Of a stretch of DNA of 64,000 nt, positions 61,041 to 64,000 are shown piece by piece. Position numbers and translations under genes: made by a program. Origin of the DNA: Macrostomum lignano (lineage: Eukaryota); NCBI GenBank assembly GCA_002269645.1, contig NIVC01000138.1:146533-210532 (forward strand). The letters are read 5' to 3'. The notes under the pieces are model-generated. The model saw only the letters and a program-made list of their open reading frames with translations, was not told where the DNA came from and did not search any database. Numbering within the stretch: position 1 is the stretch's first letter; every line of letters begins with the position of its first letter.

Positions 61041-64000
61041 ATCGCAATTCTCTAATCCTTTAAAGTTATGACTGTAAGTTAAATAAACAAACACTAAAGC
61101 CTCCGATCCGATGATTAGTTAAAACTTATTAATATGCACAATTTAACAAACTGCGCCTCATCAAACTGGACCTGCATGGATTGCACCTGGCCCAGTAATC
61201 TACGCGGACTGGCTATATGGACATTGCGCGCACACACACACACGGAGGCTACCCAGCCTCTTTGAGCTGAAACCCTAGCACACACCAATAGCCCAAGATC
61301 GAAGCCGGGACAAGAGGAGAGGCGGGCTCAGGTTGACGAAGATTTCGGTAGAGATGAAGCAAATATGTTAGCGGACGGGAGAAGAACGCCAGGAGAGCAA
61401 AGTGGAGAAAAGCAGCTAAGCCTGAGAAGGGATGATGAAGGGGGTTTTCAAAACAAGAGGCAGCAGTAGAGACAGTCAGTGCTGCTCACTCAGCATCCTC
61501 CCCAAACCTCCATCATCTCTCTCTCTCGTTCTCCGTCAATCCTTTGTGAGCAAAGTCACTCAGCTCTATCCTGTAGCTATCTGAGTCCGCTGTGTGTGAG
61601 CAGCTGCTTTATGTAGATACATATTTATTTGTCTCCTTATTTATATCTACCCTTGTACAATATCTAGCTACTAATAGACTCTGATTTGGACTGTTTAATC
61701 CTTTAATCCGGAAGACTTAGGACTTTGCAGCTCTTTCGCACATGTGGACGAATAAAATGGGACACCACACAGCAGAAACTAAATGAGATAAAGCGCAACA
61801 AGAGACGCTGAGAAGCAACAAAGGAAACCATGGCTACTCTGCCTAAGGGATTAAATCCATCTAAATCGAATCCTTGTTCCACTTTTAACAGTATGAAAAC
61901 GAAGAAATTGAATCGATAAAGAGATTGCGAGGCGGATGGAGCAGGATACTCAGGTAGGAGAGAGTGAAGCTTATCAGCCCCTCTGCCTGGAGGCACAAAA
62001 CTGCAAATTTAATTAACTAAAATCTGGGTACTCATTTCTCAATATCGCTGACATTCTCGCCTCCTGTATTTCCTGTTTTGCTGTCCCATCGGGAGATAGA
62101 TAAATGTCTTTCAGCTGACTCAGTTTGACTCACTATGGAATCATACCTAACAAAATATGCGATAATACCAGCGACGAATGACTCATAGGTCACAGGTCGA
62201 CATTCACCTCCTACAAAAGGATTTTTCTTATTTGCCGCCAGCTTTGCCTTCGTTTGCGATTTACTAAAAGACGAAAATGGCATCGGCAGTGAAAAATGAC
62301 GCTTTAGGATCAAATCCGGCATTAACGGGAGCGGAGATTGGGATGTCATTTTTGGGGGGGGGGTTACATATTCGGCATTTTCAGGCAATATAGCTTCAAG
62401 TACCGAACTGTCGATAGCTGAGAAGCAGTTGAGTAGGTGACGTCAGTGTTTTAAGGAGTGAGTGAAGCCGGGCCAAGGAGGAGTGAAGTCAACCTCCCCT
62501 CCTCATCCCAGGGAAGGAGAGACGAAACCTAGCCCTCCCCCCAACCACAGTTTCTTTGAACTGCTGAATGAATTTATTTCGCTATCTCTCTGTCTGCCCC
62601 ATCATGCAGCCCAAGCCAGCCTCCTCCCCCTACCCCAGTCCACAGTCCAGACCAGGCAGGCCAGCAGAGCAGGCTCAAAATCCAAGCCCCCCCCCAGTAG
62701 TGTGCTATGTTTATGCCGGCGCGAGATCGACGCCGCCGCCCAGAACTCTAGCAACAAATCTAATTGGGTTTACTAGCTGGGCCCCGCAATGCAATTATGC
62801 AGAGAGCGCGAGATGGCTGCTGGGGTGAGAAGGGGAGTCGGGATGGTAAGAGAGCTGGGAAAGAGGAAGAGACGGAGTGGAAAAACGAGTGTCAGTGTGG
62901 GCGAGTTTGTAGCGAGAAAAAAATGGGGGTAGGTTAGTCGATTTGAAACTGAGATATCGTTAAGGGAGCCCCGTTGGATCAAAACGCAGTCGGCCAATCT
63001 CTATCTGCATCTCCTCTTAATATCCAGCGGCGCCCCCCCCTTGGGCGGCCTTTTTCGCAATTGAATTTGAACGCGACTCAGTTTTTTCCTGTGACAAACA
63101 AAGCTCGAGAGTTGAGGTTTGAGATAGGGCTTGAGTTGAGTTGGGATGGGGCAAACAGGAAAGCGAGATGATGCGCCAACTAATAAATAGCCGCCTTTTA
63201 TCTCGGGATGACTCGGATTCGGGATTGAGCAGGGAAATGGATGCTGCATCCAGCTTCCTGAGTTGAACACGGAAGTTAAACAGGATTAGTATAGTGTAGA
63301 TTTTTACGATGCAAAGCTGATATTTCATTTTTCGACAATCTATCTAAGCATACACAAGTTTATTTAGAGACAGGTTTAATAATTAGGAAATTGTGCCAAG
63401 CAGACAGACAGAGAAGGCTAGTGTTTAAAACTGATTTTTAGACGAGAGTTTAATACGACTAATTTAATCAGTTTTTGAAGCTGTATGAACCTTCTCCGTA
63501 CCGACCGTACGTTAGAGAAAACCGATCTTACATGCCTTCCCAGGCCTAATTGTTGATCCGTTGGTTGATTTAAGCGCGTACACAATGTTATATCCATCTA
63601 TACTCTATCAGTGATCAAGTTAAGACCAAGTCCCGCCAATACTACATGTACAAGTATTGGGGGTGTGGGGCCTGTGGGGCTCTGTCTGAGTTAGTAAAAA
63701 TCCAGGGTAGGCTTGTAAAATTTTAGGCAAAGCGCCGTTTAGGAATACCAGCCTGAAAATAAGAAGCTTAACTAACACAGATAATGGTAAACTAAAGTGG
63801 TTGTTACTCGTGTATGGGCTACGGAGGGTTTTAAAAGCGAGCAATAAAAATCCAGCGCCCTCTTTTAACGATCGTGATAAGGAACGATTTTATTTGTAGT
63901 AAATGATAAAATATATATACTCGCCCACAGTACTAGATTAATAATATCATTACAATGAAAGTATTATTAGTTAACCTTGTTTATCCGGTTTATTCAGGGC

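Noticed and set aside
62032-62388. 118-aa minus-strand ORF as an upstream mbl exon
   Set aside because: No CCCH motif or muscleblind similarity, and no supporting splice sites identified

Overview
Eukaryotic (metazoan) genomic DNA. GC-rich exons sit in introns packed with private minisatellites; about 28 tandem arrays cover roughly a quarter of the window by my hand estimate. This style suggests a free-living flatworm such as Macrostomum, but that is an unverified inference. Four spliced genes can be reconstructed by hand from GT-AG sites and frame continuity. (1) BBOF1/CCDC176: + strand, 8 exons, 4964-16096, about 553 aa. (2) A zf-3CxxC (RTP/ZAR1-type) protein with a Q/P-rich N-terminus: +, 3 exons, 18790-20480, 357 aa. 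(3) A secreted, probably GPI-anchored alpha-carbonic anhydrase: +, 5 exons, 28224-31712, 349 aa. (4) Three internal or 3' exons of a muscleblind-like gene: - strand, 60789-41965, with the 5' part presumably beyond the window. Mobile elements include a dead 1.3-kb mariner with TIRs and TA TSD, several hAT-type and TA-flanked MITEs, and tRNA-derived SINE-like pieces. The most notable observations are: a muscleblind in which the second zinc-finger pair appears reduced to an 'RFAH' remnant; a hAT MITE family whose inverted copy seems inflated to about 5 kb by nested satellites and which shares sequence with intronic minisatellite units; several intronic arrays whose units contain sense-strand splice-site consensus motifs; and a possible frame-preserving 42-nt cassette exon in BBOF1. 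There is no prokaryotic system, CRISPR array, rRNA or intact tRNA. Most long ORFs in the six-frame track are artefacts of tandem repeats.
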